Numbered from the stretch's first letter, positions 51,828 through 62,731 are shown. The stretch: DNA of 64,000 nucleotides from Clostridia bacterium (GCA_012840485.1 DULG01000088.1:12047-76046), one strand, 5' to 3'. Translations and numbers: made by a program. The notes: generated by a model from the letters alone, not told the origin.

Positions 51828-52559
51828 TTACGCAGTCCTTCCTACATACATCACCGGCTTATCTATAAAGCTTCTTATAAGCTCTTCATTTTCTTCTTCA
51901 TATACCACAAGACAGCAAGTAGCTGGTCCTGCTGATTTTGTCAAATCTAACGGGGCAGAAAAATCAGTATCAATTTTAAGTCCTGATACCTCTTGTAAGA
52001 TAGAAAGTTCATATCCTATACCTTTTGAACCAACAGGTATTGCTTCTACTATCTCTTTTGATTGAGAAATTTTTATATAGTCTTTTAATGTGAGGATATC
52101 TTTTGCCCTTAACACTTCACTTCCAACTCGAGGATATCCCAAAAGAGATACATGCATTCCCTTTTTCACTTTTTTTATCTTCAAATCTTCAATCCTCACC
52201 CTTGCAATCACTGTAATTCCTATTCCTGTCATGGAAGTAGGAAAATTTTCTTCTGTACTTCCTGTCAAAACCACATCTAAAAGCCCATTTTCTTCAAGCT
52301 CCTTTTTTATGCCCTTTAAAATTTTTTCTCCTGTGGGATTCATTTCAACAGAAAGAGTGTCTGAAATTACAACAGGCTTTGCACCTACGCACAAAACCTC
52401 TGAAAGAGCAACTTTTACTGTAGTCCGCCCTACAATCTCCTCATCAACTTTTAACATGTCATTTTCTTTACTGCCTATTGCTCCGAGGCTGTCACAAGAT
52501 ATAACAAAGGCTACATCTTTTTCATAGATTATGACTAAATCCCTATATCTTTCTACCAC
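51828..52559 (-). CDS. cblS: AIR-synthase-like protein, probable alpha-ribazole kinase
   Basis: RYRDLV..ISCDSLGAIGSK, TGSTEENF, EAIPVGSKG; adjacent to a CblT-like gene in the cob operon. Confidence 0.75.
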   Translation of the reverse strand: MVERYRDLVIIYEKDVAFVISCDSLGAIGSKENDMLKVDEEIVGRTTVKVALSEVLCVGAKPVVISDTLSVEMNPTGEKILKGIKKELEENGLLDVVLTGSTEENFPTSMTGIGITVIARVRIEDLKIKKVKKGMHVSLLGYPRVGSEVLRAKDILTLKDYIKISQSKEIVEAIPVGSKGIGYELSILQEVSGLKIDTDFSAPLDLTKSAGPATCCLVVYEEENEELIRSFIDKPVMYVGRTA

Positions 52560-52567
52560 TTTTTTTA

Positions 52568-53047
52568 TTACTCCTTTTTAGATAACGCTTTATATACAAA
52601 GGCTGCAAGTAATATATTGACAAATGAAGCAACTGTCAAAGGCACTACCCATGCTGCAAAAAATCCCCATCCAAACATAGGTACAAACAATAAAGTTGCA
52701 AAAGGACCATTCAAAATAGTAGTGAGAATTACAGCGAGGTATATATTAAATCTTTTATAAAAAACTCTAAAAAGATAAGCATATACTGCCATTTGAAGAG
52801 CTATGTACAGGTGATTTACAACTCCCAAAGGAAAGCCAGAGGTTACAGCTGTCAATAAGTGTCCCAAGCTTATCACAATTGCTCCATACCAGCTTCCCAA
52901 GTATAAAGCTGCAAAATAGCCTGGCATTGAGTCAAAAGCAACAGTATTAAAAACCTTTATCAATGCTCCTACTGCACTTAAAGCTATTAACATAGCGACA
53001 AGAGTAAGTGTCTTTACATCTTTTAGTGATGTTGCTTTTTCCTTCAT
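52568..53047 (-). CDS. cblT: ECF S component, probable alpha-ribazole transporter
   Basis: ALSAVGALIK..AFDSMPGYFAAL..GHLLTA..SGFPLG. Confidence 0.75.
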   Translation of the reverse strand: MKEKATSLKDVKTLTLVAMLIALSAVGALIKVFNTVAFDSMPGYFAALYLGSWYGAIVISLGHLLTAVTSGFPLGVVNHLYIALQMAVYAYLFRVFYKRFNIYLAVILTTILNGPFATLLFVPMFGWGFFAAWVVPLTVASFVNILLAAFVYKALSKKE

Positions 53048-53062
53048 ATCAATCTCCTCCTT

Positions 53063-54016
53063 TTAAATTAAGTGACGTATTAAAATATCAATTAGATAAA
53101 ATATCAGAAGACCTATGAAAGAGGTCATATACATTATCCTTATGCTCTCCCTTATATGCCTTAGAGAAATTTTTTGTTTCTTATCCCCTAATGTAGGCTT
53201 AATCACAGGCTTTCCAAAGTAGTAATTTAGCCCTCCTAACTGTATTCCCAACGCTCCAGCAACAGCAGCCTCCCCATGAGCGCTGTTTGGGCTGTCATGT
53301 TTCAATCTGTCTCTTAAGAAGACCTTCCAGCTATTTTTGTAGTCATACCTTAAAACGTAAGAAGAGATAATTACTAAAAAACCTGTTATTCTTGCAGGTA
53401 TAAAATTTAATACATCATCCAATTTTGCAGAAACAAAACCCAAGTCCTTGTATTTCTCATTTTTATACCCCACCATAGAGTCCAAGGTACTGGCTGCCTT
53501 ATAAAACATTGCCAAAGGTGCCCCGCCTATAAAGGCATAAAACATAGGTGCTATTATTCCATCTGATATGTTTTCTGAAACTGTCTCTATCACACCCCTT
53601 ATTATGTCTTCCTCCTCCAATTTGTCTGTATCCCTGCTTACTATAAAGGAAAGACTTTTTCTTGCCTCAATTATATTGCCCTCTCTCAATGGCTTAAAAA
53701 CTCTATTTGCAGCCTTTGAAAGGTCTTTTGTTGCAAGTGAGGTATATATTATTAGAACTTCCAATAAATACTTTAGATATATATGTACCATTCCTGCCAG
53801 ATAAAGTATCAAATAAGTCAGTATATAAACCATGCTGACTGTAAAAAGGCAAAGTATGAATCCTGCAATTTTTAAAGTCTCTTTATCCTTTGCATACTTT
53901 CTCAGTATTTTCTCCTGCTTCTGTATCATCCACCCTATAATCCTTACAGGATGTGGATACCCTTCAGGGTCCCCAAAAGTTAAATCCAAAAAATACGCAA
54001 GTACTACCTTCATCAA
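53063..54016 (-). CDS. cbiB: Adenosylcobinamide-phosphate synthase
   Basis: [45 protein letters not shown]. Confidence 0.95.
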   Translation of the reverse strand: MMKVVLAYFLDLTFGDPEGYPHPVRIIGWMIQKQEKILRKYAKDKETLKIAGFILCLFTVSMVYILTYLILYLAGMVHIYLKYLLEVLIIYTSLATKDLSKAANRVFKPLREGNIIEARKSLSFIVSRDTDKLEEEDIIRGVIETVSENISDGIIAPMFYAFIGGAPLAMFYKAASTLDSMVGYKNEKYKDLGFVSAKLDDVLNFIPARITGFLVIISSYVLRYDYKNSWKVFLRDRLKHDSPNSAHGEAAVAGALGIQLGGLNYYFGKPVIKPTLGDKKQKISLRHIRESIRIMYMTSFIGLLIFYLIDILIRHLI

Positions 54017-55551
54017 TCTCTATACCTCTCCATAATTTCATAAATCCTATTTATGTTAACAGATTCTCTTACAACATCAGCAAGCCTATCATACTGTCTT
54101 TCTTTAAATTCTCTATAATCGATAATTTTTTCTATAGGAGAAAGCCCTTTTAACTTTCTTACAATATTTACAAATTCTCTGGTAAAATTTCTGTTTTCAA
54201 AAATTCCATGTATATAAGTGCCAAATACTTTGCCATCTTCACTTACACATCCATCATAAACTTCAACTTTTTCTTTGTTTCTATGGAGAATTACTGAAAA
54301 AGACTTACAATTTCCCACACTGTAACTTCTGCCCATGTGTATTTCATAGCCTTCTATAGAAATACCTTGAAGGGGAGATAATATTGAAGGCAAATCATTT
54401 CCTACTACAGCCTTAACTTGAGTTGTAGTTTTTTCTTTCTCAATGACAGTCTCTATATCTAAAAGTTCCAATCCTTCAATTTCTGAAGTTGCGCTTTCAA
54501 TGTGATGAGGGTCTTTTATAGCTTTCCCTAACATCTGATACCCACCGCATATTCCTACTATGAATTTGCCTTTTTCTCTTAAGCTTAAAATTTCTATATC
54601 TAATCCGTACTGCCTTAGAGTTTTTAAATCTTCTATTGTGTTTTTTGTACCCGGTATTATTAAAACATCACAATTTCTTATCCTTTCACCTCTGTTTACA
54701 TACCTTATTTTTACTCCGGGAATTTTGGCAAGAGGGTCAAAGTCAGTGAAATTTGATATGTGGGGAAGATTTATTATTGCAATATCTATTTCCCCCTGCT
54801 CACCTTTTACATAAAATTTATCCGTTGCTCCATCCTCTTCATCGATGTGTACATCTAGATAGGGTACTACCCCTAAAACCTCTTTATGTATTATGTCTTC
54901 TAACATTTTTAATCCCGGTTTTAATATTTCTATATCTCCTCTAAATTTGTTTATAATGACTCCCTCAACACGATTTCTCTCCTTCTCCTCAAGAAGGAGT
55001 AAAGTCCCTGCTATTGCGGCAAACACTCCTCCTTTGTCAATATCCCCAACAAGAAGGACTGGTACATTTACCAATTCTGCCAAACCCATATTAACGATGT
55101 CTCTCTCTTTTAAATTTATCTCTGCAGGGCTTCCTGCTCCCTCTATAACGATTATGTCATTTTGACTTGCAAGAAAATCAAAGTTCTCTTTAATAATGTT
55201 TAAAAGCTTTGACCTAAACTGAAAATATTCCTCCGCTGACATATTTTTATGGACCTTTCCCCTTAGAATAACTTGACTCTTTTTATCGGAGCTGGGCTTT
55301 AAAAGTACTGGATTCATGTGATAAGAAGGTTTTATGCCTGCGGCTTCTGCCTGCATCGCCTGTGCTCGTCCTATTTCCAGCCCTTCCTCTGTTATGTACG
55401 AATTTAAAGCCATATTCTGTGATTTAAAAGGTGCAACTCTATATCCGTCTTGTTTAAAAATTCTACATAAAGCTGCCACTAATAAGCTCTTTCCCACAGA
55501 AGATGCCGTCCCTTGTATCATCAATTTAAGTGCCATACTATTTCCTCCCAA
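54013..55551 (-). CDS. cbiP: Cobyric acid synthase
   Basis: [53 protein letters not shown]. Confidence 0.96.
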   Translation of the reverse strand: MGGNSMALKLMIQGTASSVGKSLLVAALCRIFKQDGYRVAPFKSQNMALNSYITEEGLEIGRAQAMQAEAAGIKPSYHMNPVLLKPSSDKKSQVILRGKVHKNMSAEEYFQFRSKLLNIIKENFDFLASQNDIIVIEGAGSPAEINLKERDIVNMGLAELVNVPVLLVGDIDKGGVFAAIAGTLLLLEEKERNRVEGVIINKFRGDIEILKPGLKMLEDIIHKEVLGVVPYLDVHIDEEDGATDKFYVKGEQGEIDIAIINLPHISNFTDFDPLAKIPGVKIRYVNRGERIRNCDVLIIPGTKNTIEDLKTLRQYGLDIEILSLREKGKFIVGICGGYQMLGKAIKDPHHIESATSEIEGLELLDIETVIEKEKTTTQVKAVVGNDLPSILSPLQGISIEGYEIHMGRSYSVGNCKSFSVILHRNKEKVEVYDGCVSEDGKVFGTYIHGIFENRNFTREFVNIVRKLKGLSPIEKIIDYREFKERQYDRLADVVRESVNINRIYEIMERYRD

Positions 55552-55780
55552 AGCAAAGCAGTTTTACATTCTTTGTCACCGCACTGAATTTGTAAAAAGC
55601 TAATTAAAAAATATACAAACTGTAAACGTGGAGGCGGCCACCCTGAGCCAAGGAGGGCGAATGTGGCCGGTACCCTGCCGTAACCTGAAAGTTGAGCTTT
55701 AGTTTAGTCGCTTGGTAGCTTTAAGCGACGATGTAAAATATTTCCCTATAGAACTTATTTTGTCAACAAACTGAATATAT

Positions 55781-57136
55781 TCATGAATATGCTTCACACT
55801 TATCCACAAATCTCTTTACTGCCTCTTTATATGTGTATAAATTTATATGCACATAAGTTGCAAAACAATTTTTATACACAAATCCACACTGCCAGCTCTC
55901 TTCTCTCCCCGGTTTATGCACAACGTAGGAGGCATTTTGTGAAGACCCTTCTATTACTGAATGGTGAAACTCATGCCCTTTTAGCTTTTCTCCTTTCTTA
56001 AAAAGCGCATTGTCAGAAATCACTTCTGCTTCTACATATCCAAACCTTTGAAGTCTTTTTGTCATCACCACTTCAAAGTTATAAACTCCCACCATTTCAA
56101 AAGTATTGCCTTCCAAATCTTTTATAGCTTTAGAAAGGTACATAAGCCCCCCACATTCTGCATAAACAGGCATACCTTTTTTCACTGCCTCTTTTATAGA
56201 ATTTAGCATCTTTTTGTTTTCACTCAACCTCATTTCAAAGACTTCTGGAAATCCTCCTCCAATGTACAAACCGCAAATCCCTTCAGGCAAATTTTCATCC
56301 TGAAGAGGACTGAAAGGTATAAGTTCGGCTCCCATCTCATTAAAAGTCTCCAAACTTTCTTTATAATAGAAATTAAAAGCTTCATCATAAGCATAGCCTA
56401 TTTTTACTCCCTTACTTTTTTCTAATTTTTCTTCCTCTGTTCTTCCTAAATCAGGCAATTTTATAGTTAAGTTCATCATTTTTTCTATATCAATGTACTT
56501 TTTAATGTAACTGTATAATCTTTCAAATTTTTTATTTATCTCTCTTGCCTCATAAACAGGTAAAAGCCCTAAATGCCTTTCTGGCAGTTCAAGTTTCACA
56601 TCCTTTGGAAGATATCCGAAAACCTCAATGCCCAAATCCCCCTTTATCGCCTCTTCCAAAAGGCTATAATGCCTTTCACTTCCAACTTTGTTGAGTATAA
56701 CACCTTTTATTTTTACGTCCTTATCATAATTCATATATCCCATTATTAAAGCTGACACACTGGCTGCCATAGAGGAAGCATCTACTATCAAAACTACTGG
56801 CACATTGAGAATTTTTGCGATTTGGCTACTGCTCCCAAAAGACGTAGTGTCAATTCCATCGTATAATCCCATAACTCCTTCTATTATTGAAATATCCGCC
56901 TTTGAAGCATTTTTATAGAATAAATCTTTAAGATTCTCTTCACCCAACATGTACAAATCAAGGTTGCAAGAGAAATTCCCCGTAACGTATCTGTGATAGG
57001 CAGTGTCTATATAATCAGGACCAACTTTAAAAGGCTGGACTTTGTATTTTTTAGAAAGCACACCCATAAGGCCTAAACTTACAGTAGTCTTGCCTACTCC
57101 TGAATGGGTACCTGCTATCATAAATCCTCTAGACAA
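55781..57136 (-). CDS. cbiA: Cobyrinate a,c-diamide synthase
   Basis: AGTHSGVGKTT, FKVGPDYID, EGVMGLYDG, ERHLGL, YAECGGLMYL, HEFH. Confidence 0.95.
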   Translation of the reverse strand: MSRGFMIAGTHSGVGKTTVSLGLMGVLSKKYKVQPFKVGPDYIDTAYHRYVTGNFSCNLDLYMLGEENLKDLFYKNASKADISIIEGVMGLYDGIDTTSFGSSSQIAKILNVPVVLIVDASSMAASVSALIMGYMNYDKDVKIKGVILNKVGSERHYSLLEEAIKGDLGIEVFGYLPKDVKLELPERHLGLLPVYEAREINKKFERLYSYIKKYIDIEKMMNLTIKLPDLGRTEEEKLEKSKGVKIGYAYDEAFNFYYKESLETFNEMGAELIPFSPLQDENLPEGICGLYIGGGFPEVFEMRLSENKKMLNSIKEAVKKGMPVYAECGGLMYLSKAIKDLEGNTFEMVGVYNFEVVMTKRLQRFGYVEAEVISDNALFKKGEKLKGHEFHHSVIEGSSQNASYVVHKPGREESWQCGFVYKNCFATYVHINLYTYKEAVKRFVDKCEAYS

Positions 57137-57947
57137 CTTTAAGCTTCTCCTTTCCATTTAAAGAGGGAAAAATATAGGGAGTTCGTGTAAAAGGATTTTC
57201 AAAAATTTCAACCTCTATTGAAAAAGCCAATTTTATATTTTCAAAAGTCAAGACCTTCTTCGGATTACCCGAAACCATTATCTTCCCATCTTTCATTATG
57301 AAAATTTCATCGCAAAACTGAGAAGCAAGGTTAATATCATGTAGTACTGAAATTACAAGTATTCCTTTTAAAGTCAAATTCTTTACAAGAGAAAGTATTT
57401 CTATTTGATACTTTATATCAAGGTGAGAAACTGGCTCATCCATGAGTAAAATTTTTGGCTTTTGCGCTAAAGCCCTTGCAATATAGACTCTCTGCCTCTC
57501 CCCACCACTTAACTCCTTTATGTTTTTATCTCTAAACTGCCATGTATTTGTAATCTCCATCACTTCTCTTACAATATCCTTATCTTCTTTCCTCTCTGAC
57601 TGAAACCTTTTAAGGTAAGGAATTCTTCCCATCATCACAATGTCATAACAGGTAAATTCAAAATCGTAAACCATATCTTGAGGCACATAGCCTATATATC
57701 TAGCCTTTTCTTTGATTGTAAAATCCTTTACATTTTTTTCTAATATGGCTACATCTCCTCTTTTAGGCTTCAAATATCCGGATATATTTTTTAAAAGAGT
57801 GGTCTTGCCACTTCCATTTGCCCCTATTATTCCTAGCATTATGCTCTTATCTACACTAAAACTTATTCCCTTTAAAACTTCTTTTTCCCCATAAGAAAAA
57901 TACAAATTGTCTACTTTCAAGATAGACATAATATCACATTCCTTCAC
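57129..57947 (-). CDS. btuD: Cobalamin/siderophore ABC ATP-binding protein (BtuD-like)
   Basis: GANGSGKTT, LSGGERQR, LMDEPVSHLD, LHDINLA; in a riboswitch-led cob operon. Confidence 0.8.
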   Translation of the reverse strand: MKECDIMSILKVDNLYFSYGEKEVLKGISFSVDKSIMLGIIGANGSGKTTLLKNISGYLKPKRGDVAILEKNVKDFTIKEKARYIGYVPQDMVYDFEFTCYDIVMMGRIPYLKRFQSERKEDKDIVREVMEITNTWQFRDKNIKELSGGERQRVYIARALAQKPKILLMDEPVSHLDIKYQIEILSLVKNLTLKGILVISVLHDINLASQFCDEIFIMKDGKIMVSGNPKKVLTFENIKLAFSIEVEIFENPFTRTPYIFPSLNGKEKLKVV

Positions 57948-58926
57948 TTTTTTGTTTGCTCCTTATAAGAAGATAGAGGAAAAAAGGCCCTCCAAATGTC
58001 GCAGTAATTATGCCAATAGGAATTTCCATGGGCTTTAAAATAATGCGAGCCAATAAATCTGCAAAAGTCAAAAAGGTAGCTCCTGCTATTGCACTAAAAG
58101 GCACCAAAACTCTGTTGTCAGGCCCTACAATAAGTCTTGATATATGAGGTACAATTAGTCCAACAAAACCTATGATTCCACCAACCGAAACAGCTGTAGC
58201 AGTAACTAAAGAACCTATGATGAGAATAATCTTCTTTACCAGTTCTGTATTTACTCCTAAGTGCTCAGCTACTTCTTCACCTGTCAATATAGCATTTACA
58301 TCCCTTGAAAATACGTACATAACAAATGACCCAATCAATATAACAGGCACAGAATAAATAACCTGATTCCAACTTACAAGACCGAATCCTCCCATAGTCC
58401 AAAAAACTATTCTGGAAAACTGGTCATGATTTAAAATCATTAAAAGAGAAATAATCGCAGACATAAAAGCACTTATAGCTATGCCAGCCAATAACATTGT
58501 AGTCATTGAAACTCTTATGCCACTTTTTGATATAGTGTATACAAAAAACACAGTAATAAGCGAAGTTATAAAAGCCATAAAGCTAAGTCCAAATATCCCA
58601 AGCCCCAATATTATGGCAATTGTTGCACCAAAAGCTGCCCCTGAAGATATACCTAAAACATATGGGTCTGCCATGGGATTTCTCAAAAGCCCCTGAAAAA
58701 ATGCTCCCACAACAGATAGACCCATTCCGACAAAAGCAGACTCAATAACCCTTGGCAACCTCAGAGAAAGAACTATTTTTCTGTTAATCTCACTGCCACT
58801 TCCTAAAAAAATATTTAAAATCTCCTGCAGGGGGATTTTTACCGCCCCTGCAGAAATTGATAAAAGCATTGTAAATACAAGTAAAAGAAATGTCAGAGTA
58901 AAATATATGCTTTTTCTTGCTTTCAC
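57934..58926 (-). CDS. btuC: FecCD/BtuC permease
   Basis: LRLPR, RNPMADPYVLGISSGAA, GFVGLIVPH, PIGIIT..GGPFF. Confidence 0.85.
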   Translation of the reverse strand: MKARKSIYFTLTFLLLVFTMLLSISAGAVKIPLQEILNIFLGSGSEINRKIVLSLRLPRVIESAFVGMGLSVVGAFFQGLLRNPMADPYVLGISSGAAFGATIAIILGLGIFGLSFMAFITSLITVFFVYTISKSGIRVSMTTMLLAGIAISAFMSAIISLLMILNHDQFSRIVFWTMGGFGLVSWNQVIYSVPVILIGSFVMYVFSRDVNAILTGEEVAEHLGVNTELVKKIILIIGSLVTATAVSVGGIIGFVGLIVPHISRLIVGPDNRVLVPFSAIAGATFLTFADLLARIILKPMEIPIGIITATFGGPFFLYLLIRSKQKSEGM

Positions 58927-58927
58927 T

Positions 58928-59875
58928 TTATTTAAATGCCTCCGGATGTAAGAATTTTGCTACTTCTTCAAGCCCTAAAACAATTCTATTAGAAGCTCTT
59001 GCAATTATGTCATCACTGCTTACAATGAATATTTTATCATTTTTAACAGCATTTGTATCTTTGTATCCTGCCATATTTTTAATGTCTTTCACATCTCCGG
59101 CATGGGGAGAAGTAATTATAACATCAGGATTTTTCTTGACTAACTCTTCTACACTGTATTGCGCCCAACCATTTACATCACTTGCAACATTTTTGCCACC
59201 AGCAAGGTTTATGAGCTCATCAATAAAAGTCCCTTTTCCAGCTGTCCAGTTTCCATCAAGAGAAACAAGATAAAATACGTTGACTTTTGGAAGGTTTTTG
59301 ACTTTGTCGTTTATTTCTTTTATTTTGTCCTGTATTTCTTTAATTACTTCTTCTGCCTTTTTTCCATTCCCTGTTATTTGACCTATCAATTCTAGTGACT
59401 GATAAATTTGATCAATGTTTTTAGCTTCCAGCATCACAACGGGAATGCCCATTTTTTCCAAAGATTCCATTTGTTCTTTACCAGAAAGAGTGGAAGCAAA
59501 TATTATATCAGGTTTTTGAGCAGTAATCGCTTCTACATTTGGTCCTTTAAATCCCCCCACTTTGGGTACATCCTTGACCTCAGGTGGGTAGTTATCAAAG
59601 TCCGTAACCCCTACAACTTTACTACCCGCTCCAACAGCATAAAGAAGTTCTGTAGTAGAAGGTGCAAGAGTGACTATCCTTTGCGGCTCTTTCTCAATAG
59701 TTACTTCTCTACCTAAAAAGTCTTTAATTTTTAATGGAAACTGAGTTTTTGCTGCTTCAGTAGTTGTCTGAGAAGTTTCTTGAGGTTTTGTAGCATTTTG
59801 AGTTGAACAAGCAGAGATTGAAAATATTAAAGCAAATACGACTAAAAACACAACTAATCCTTTAAATCTTTTCAT
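58928..59875 (-). CDS. btuF: Cobalamin-binding lipoprotein
   Basis: ISAC lipobox; PQRIVTLAPSTTELLYAVG; directly under a cobalamin riboswitch. Confidence 0.85.
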   Translation of the reverse strand: MKRFKGLVVFLVVFALIFSISACSTQNATKPQETSQTTTEAAKTQFPLKIKDFLGREVTIEKEPQRIVTLAPSTTELLYAVGAGSKVVGVTDFDNYPPEVKDVPKVGGFKGPNVEAITAQKPDIIFASTLSGKEQMESLEKMGIPVVMLEAKNIDQIYQSLELIGQITGNGKKAEEVIKEIQDKIKEINDKVKNLPKVNVFYLVSLDGNWTAGKGTFIDELINLAGGKNVASDVNGWAQYSVEELVKKNPDVIITSPHAGDVKDIKNMAGYKDTNAVKNDKIFIVSSDDIIARASNRIVLGLEEVAKFLHPEAFK

Positions 59876-59915
59876 AAGTACCCTCCTGTCTTAAATTTGT
59901 GGTGAATTTATTAAA

Positions 59916-59948
59916 AAAAGGCTACCCCTGCGGAGGTAGACCTTTTTT
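59916..59948 (-). terminator. Riboswitch expression-platform terminator upstream of btuF
   Basis: AAGG(T)CTACC-TCCGCAG-GGGTAGCCTTTTTTT on the minus strand. Confidence 0.75.
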
Positions 59949-60012
59949 ACCTACTTATAGGCACAGAAAGGCCGTTCAACCTTCCCTCCGAAGGTGAACT
60001 TCCAAAACAAAA

Positions 60013-60227
60013 CCTTATGGCAGGTCTCCTGGCTTGCGATTCATCTTCCACCCAGCCTTCCCACCCGGCACTCAACTGAACGCAATTTCTCTCCCTCTTT
60101 TCCCCTTACTAACGCGCTCAGTTGAGTGCCAAGCAGTGGCACCTCAGGGTTTCATCCTCGCTCACAGTAGCGGGGGCTGCAGCGGATTCTCACCGCTTTC
60201 CCTTTTAACTTTATCAAGACCATAAGG
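60013..60227 (-). ncRNA. Cobalamin (AdoCbl) riboswitch upstream of btuFCD and the cob operon
   Basis: AAAAGGGAAAGCGGTGAGAATCCGC..CCCCCGCTACTGT..GCCACTG..GGGAAGG..AAGCCAGGAGACCTGCC. Confidence 0.95.
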
Positions 60228-60287
60228 TTTTTTATATTCATTTTATACATTCTTATTTTACATCTACCTAAAACTTAAGTCAATTAA

Positions 60288-60818
60288 TTAAATTTCGATA
60301 CCTACTCTAGCAGGAACTCCTTGCTTGTAGTAATGCTTTATTTCCTTCATTTCTGTAACTAAATCAGCCTTATCAATAATTGCTTGAGGAGCACTTCTGC
60401 CTGTTAGAATAAGTTCTACAGTCTCTGGCTTTTCATCGATAAGCCTAACTATTTCTTCAACGGTTAAAAGCCCTGAATGTATAGCTGCCATCACTTCATC
60501 CACAATTATAATGTCATACTGTCCACTTTTTACTGTCTCCAAAAGTTCATTATACTCTTCTTTTACCATTTGCTTAAGTTCCTCAAATTCTTCTTTTGTC
60601 ATCTCCCAGGTAAATTTCTTTGATTCGGCAAAACGTCGTATTTCAAAATTTGGTTTTAAAAGTTCAGCTGTTTTTAACTCCCCTGTAGTCATTCCCTTTA
60701 AAAACTGAAACATTATAACCTTCATCCCTCTGCCTACCGCTCTAAAGGCTAATCCTAATGAAGCTGTGGTTTTCCCTTTTCCGTCCCCTGTATAAACTTG
60801 TACATAACCTTTTTTCAT
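60288..60818 (-). CDS. cobO: Cob(I)yrinic acid a,c-diamide adenosyltransferase (BtuR/CobO type)
   Basis: VYTGDGKGKTTASLG, QFLKG, DEV, LILTGR, ADLVTEM..IKHYY..GIE. Confidence 0.93.
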   Translation of the reverse strand: MKKGYVQVYTGDGKGKTTASLGLAFRAVGRGMKVIMFQFLKGMTTGELKTAELLKPNFEIRRFAESKKFTWEMTKEEFEELKQMVKEEYNELLETVKSGQYDIIIVDEVMAAIHSGLLTVEEIVRLIDEKPETVELILTGRSAPQAIIDKADLVTEMKEIKHYYKQGVPARVGIEI

Positions 60819-60991
60819 AATAATCTCTCCTTAAATTCATATTTTTACAGCAAAAGGGTAAGCTATTGACAAAATCTTTACACAGGAAATATTTTACAAA
60901 GGAGCAACTTGTTGACAACCCGGCACTCAAGTAAGAGAGTTTGATAAAGCAAAAAATAGAGAAGATAAACATACTTTGTCAACAAACAACA

Positions 60992-61022
60992 AAGGCCTAC
61001 CCCTCAGGAGGTAGACCTTTGT
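60992..61022 (-). terminator. Terminator of the second riboswitch
   Basis: AAAGG(T)CTACC..GGTAGGCCTTT stem, near-identical to 59916-59948. Confidence 0.7.
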
Positions 61023-61086
61023 TGCCATTATTGTAATAGACACAAAAAGGCCATTCTACCTTCCCTCCGAAGGCGAACTTCTAAAA

Positions 61087-61254
61087 TCTTATGGCAGGTC
61101 TCCTGGCTCGCGATTCATCTTCCACCCTGCCTTCCCACCCGGCCATCTCTTGAGTGCCAAGCAGTGGCTTATTAGGGCTTCATCCTCGCTCACAGTAGCG
61201 GGGGCTGCAGCGGATTTTCACCGCTTTCCCTTTTAACTTCTCAAGACCATAAGA
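61087..61254 (-). ncRNA. Second cobalamin riboswitch, upstream of cobO
   Basis: Same conserved boxes as 60013-60227 and near-identical sequence. Confidence 0.95.
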
Positions 61255-61552
61255 TTTTTTGTATTCACTTGTACACCTATATTTTACATCTACTTATCAT
61301 TTAAGTCAATTCCCTTATTCATGGCTATCTATTTACTTTGAAAAATATGTATCAAGTTTCTTATAATAGAGTCAAGGATATCTCCTCTCAGAGAACCAAT
61401 GAACGATTCAATGCGCTCAACATCTACAGCATAATTAGCATGTATATTCTTTTGCTTTCTTCCTCACTGCATTATCTATAACTCCACCACCAATTTTTAT
61501 CGATAATCTTATATTTTATTATAACCCTCACATAGAAAAAACTCAATAAAAA

Positions 61553-62686
61553 TTAGTTTTCTGGTTTTGGTCCATAATACTGATAATAGTAAGCTTTTAA
61601 CATGCCATTGTAAAGCTTTCTTTTTTTAGAAGCCTCTCTTCCAAAGAGTTTCTCAAATTTCTCATGGGAAGTAAGTATATAAAAAGACCATGTATCAAGC
61701 TTTTTGAAAATTTTCCCCATCTCTTTATAAAGTTTTTCTACTTCCTCCAATTCCCCCATCCTTTCACCATAAGGAGGATTGCATATTATAACACCATATT
61801 TATCATCTGTTTTTAAATCTTTTAATGGGATATTTTCAAAAGTTATGTATTTCTCTACACCAGCTTTACGCGCATTGTCTTTTGACAATTTGATGGCGTT
61901 TTCGTCAATGTCATATCCTTTTATGTTTAAAGTTATATCTTTTTTAATAGCACCAACTGCTTCTTCTCTCGCTTCTTTCCATAATTTATTTGATATTCTC
62001 CACCATTTTTCGGAAACAAATTGTCGTTTTAAACCTGGTGCGAGATTTATTCCAATCATAGCTGCCTCGATCGGAATCGTTCCAGAGCCACAAAAAGGGT
62101 CTATCAAAGGTCTATCCGGTTTCCAAAAGCTCAGCATTATCATAGCAGCAGCCAAAGTTTCTCTCAAAGGTGCTTCATTGGATATGACTCTATAGCCTCT
62201 TTTGTGTAAACCGTCGCCACTCGTGTCAATCATAAGTGTTACCTTGTCTTTCATTAATGAAAATTTTATTTTATAAGTTGCGCCGTTTTCTTCAAACCAT
62301 TCTTTTTTGTATTTCTTCTTAAGCCTTTCCACAACAGCTTTTTTAACTATTGCTTGAGAGTCAGGCACGCTAAAAAGCTTGGATTTTATTGAATAACCCT
62401 CCACAGGAAACCTGCCATCTTCAGGTATCCAATCTTCCCAGGGAAGAGCCTTTGTACCTTCAAAAAGTTCTTCAAAAGTTGTGGCAGTAAATTCCCCTAT
62501 TTTTACGTATATTCTCTCTGCCGTTCTAATCCAAAGGTTTGACCTGCATAAGGCCGCCTCATCGCCTGCAAAAGTGACTTTTCCATTCTCTACAGTGATA
62601 TCTTGATACCCTAGCTCTTTCAGCTCTCTAGCAGTCACTGCCTCAACACCGAAAAGAGTAGTTGCTATAAACTCTATCTTTGACAT
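61553..62686 (-). CDS. THUMP-domain class I SAM-dependent RNA methyltransferase (RlmL/YpsC-like)
   Basis: DTSGDGLHKRGYR, APLRETLAAA, DPFCGSGTIPIEAA, NPPYGER. Confidence 0.93.
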   Translation of the reverse strand: MSKIEFIATTLFGVEAVTARELKELGYQDITVENGKVTFAGDEAALCRSNLWIRTAERIYVKIGEFTATTFEELFEGTKALPWEDWIPEDGRFPVEGYSIKSKLFSVPDSQAIVKKAVVERLKKKYKKEWFEENGATYKIKFSLMKDKVTLMIDTSGDGLHKRGYRVISNEAPLRETLAAAMIMLSFWKPDRPLIDPFCGSGTIPIEAAMIGINLAPGLKRQFVSEKWWRISNKLWKEAREEAVGAIKKDITLNIKGYDIDENAIKLSKDNARKAGVEKYITFENIPLKDLKTDDKYGVIICNPPYGERMGELEEVEKLYKEMGKIFKKLDTWSFYILTSHEKFEKLFGREASKKRKLYNGMLKAYYYQYYGPKPEN

Positions 62687-62731
62687 ACCCTATCTCCTTC
62701 TGTTTATAGTTTAAAAGCATTATTATTTCAT

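Noticed and set aside
61300-61520. Fragmentary frames upstream of the second riboswitch (KIGGGVID.., CCRC)
   Set aside because: No consistent frame, start or family.
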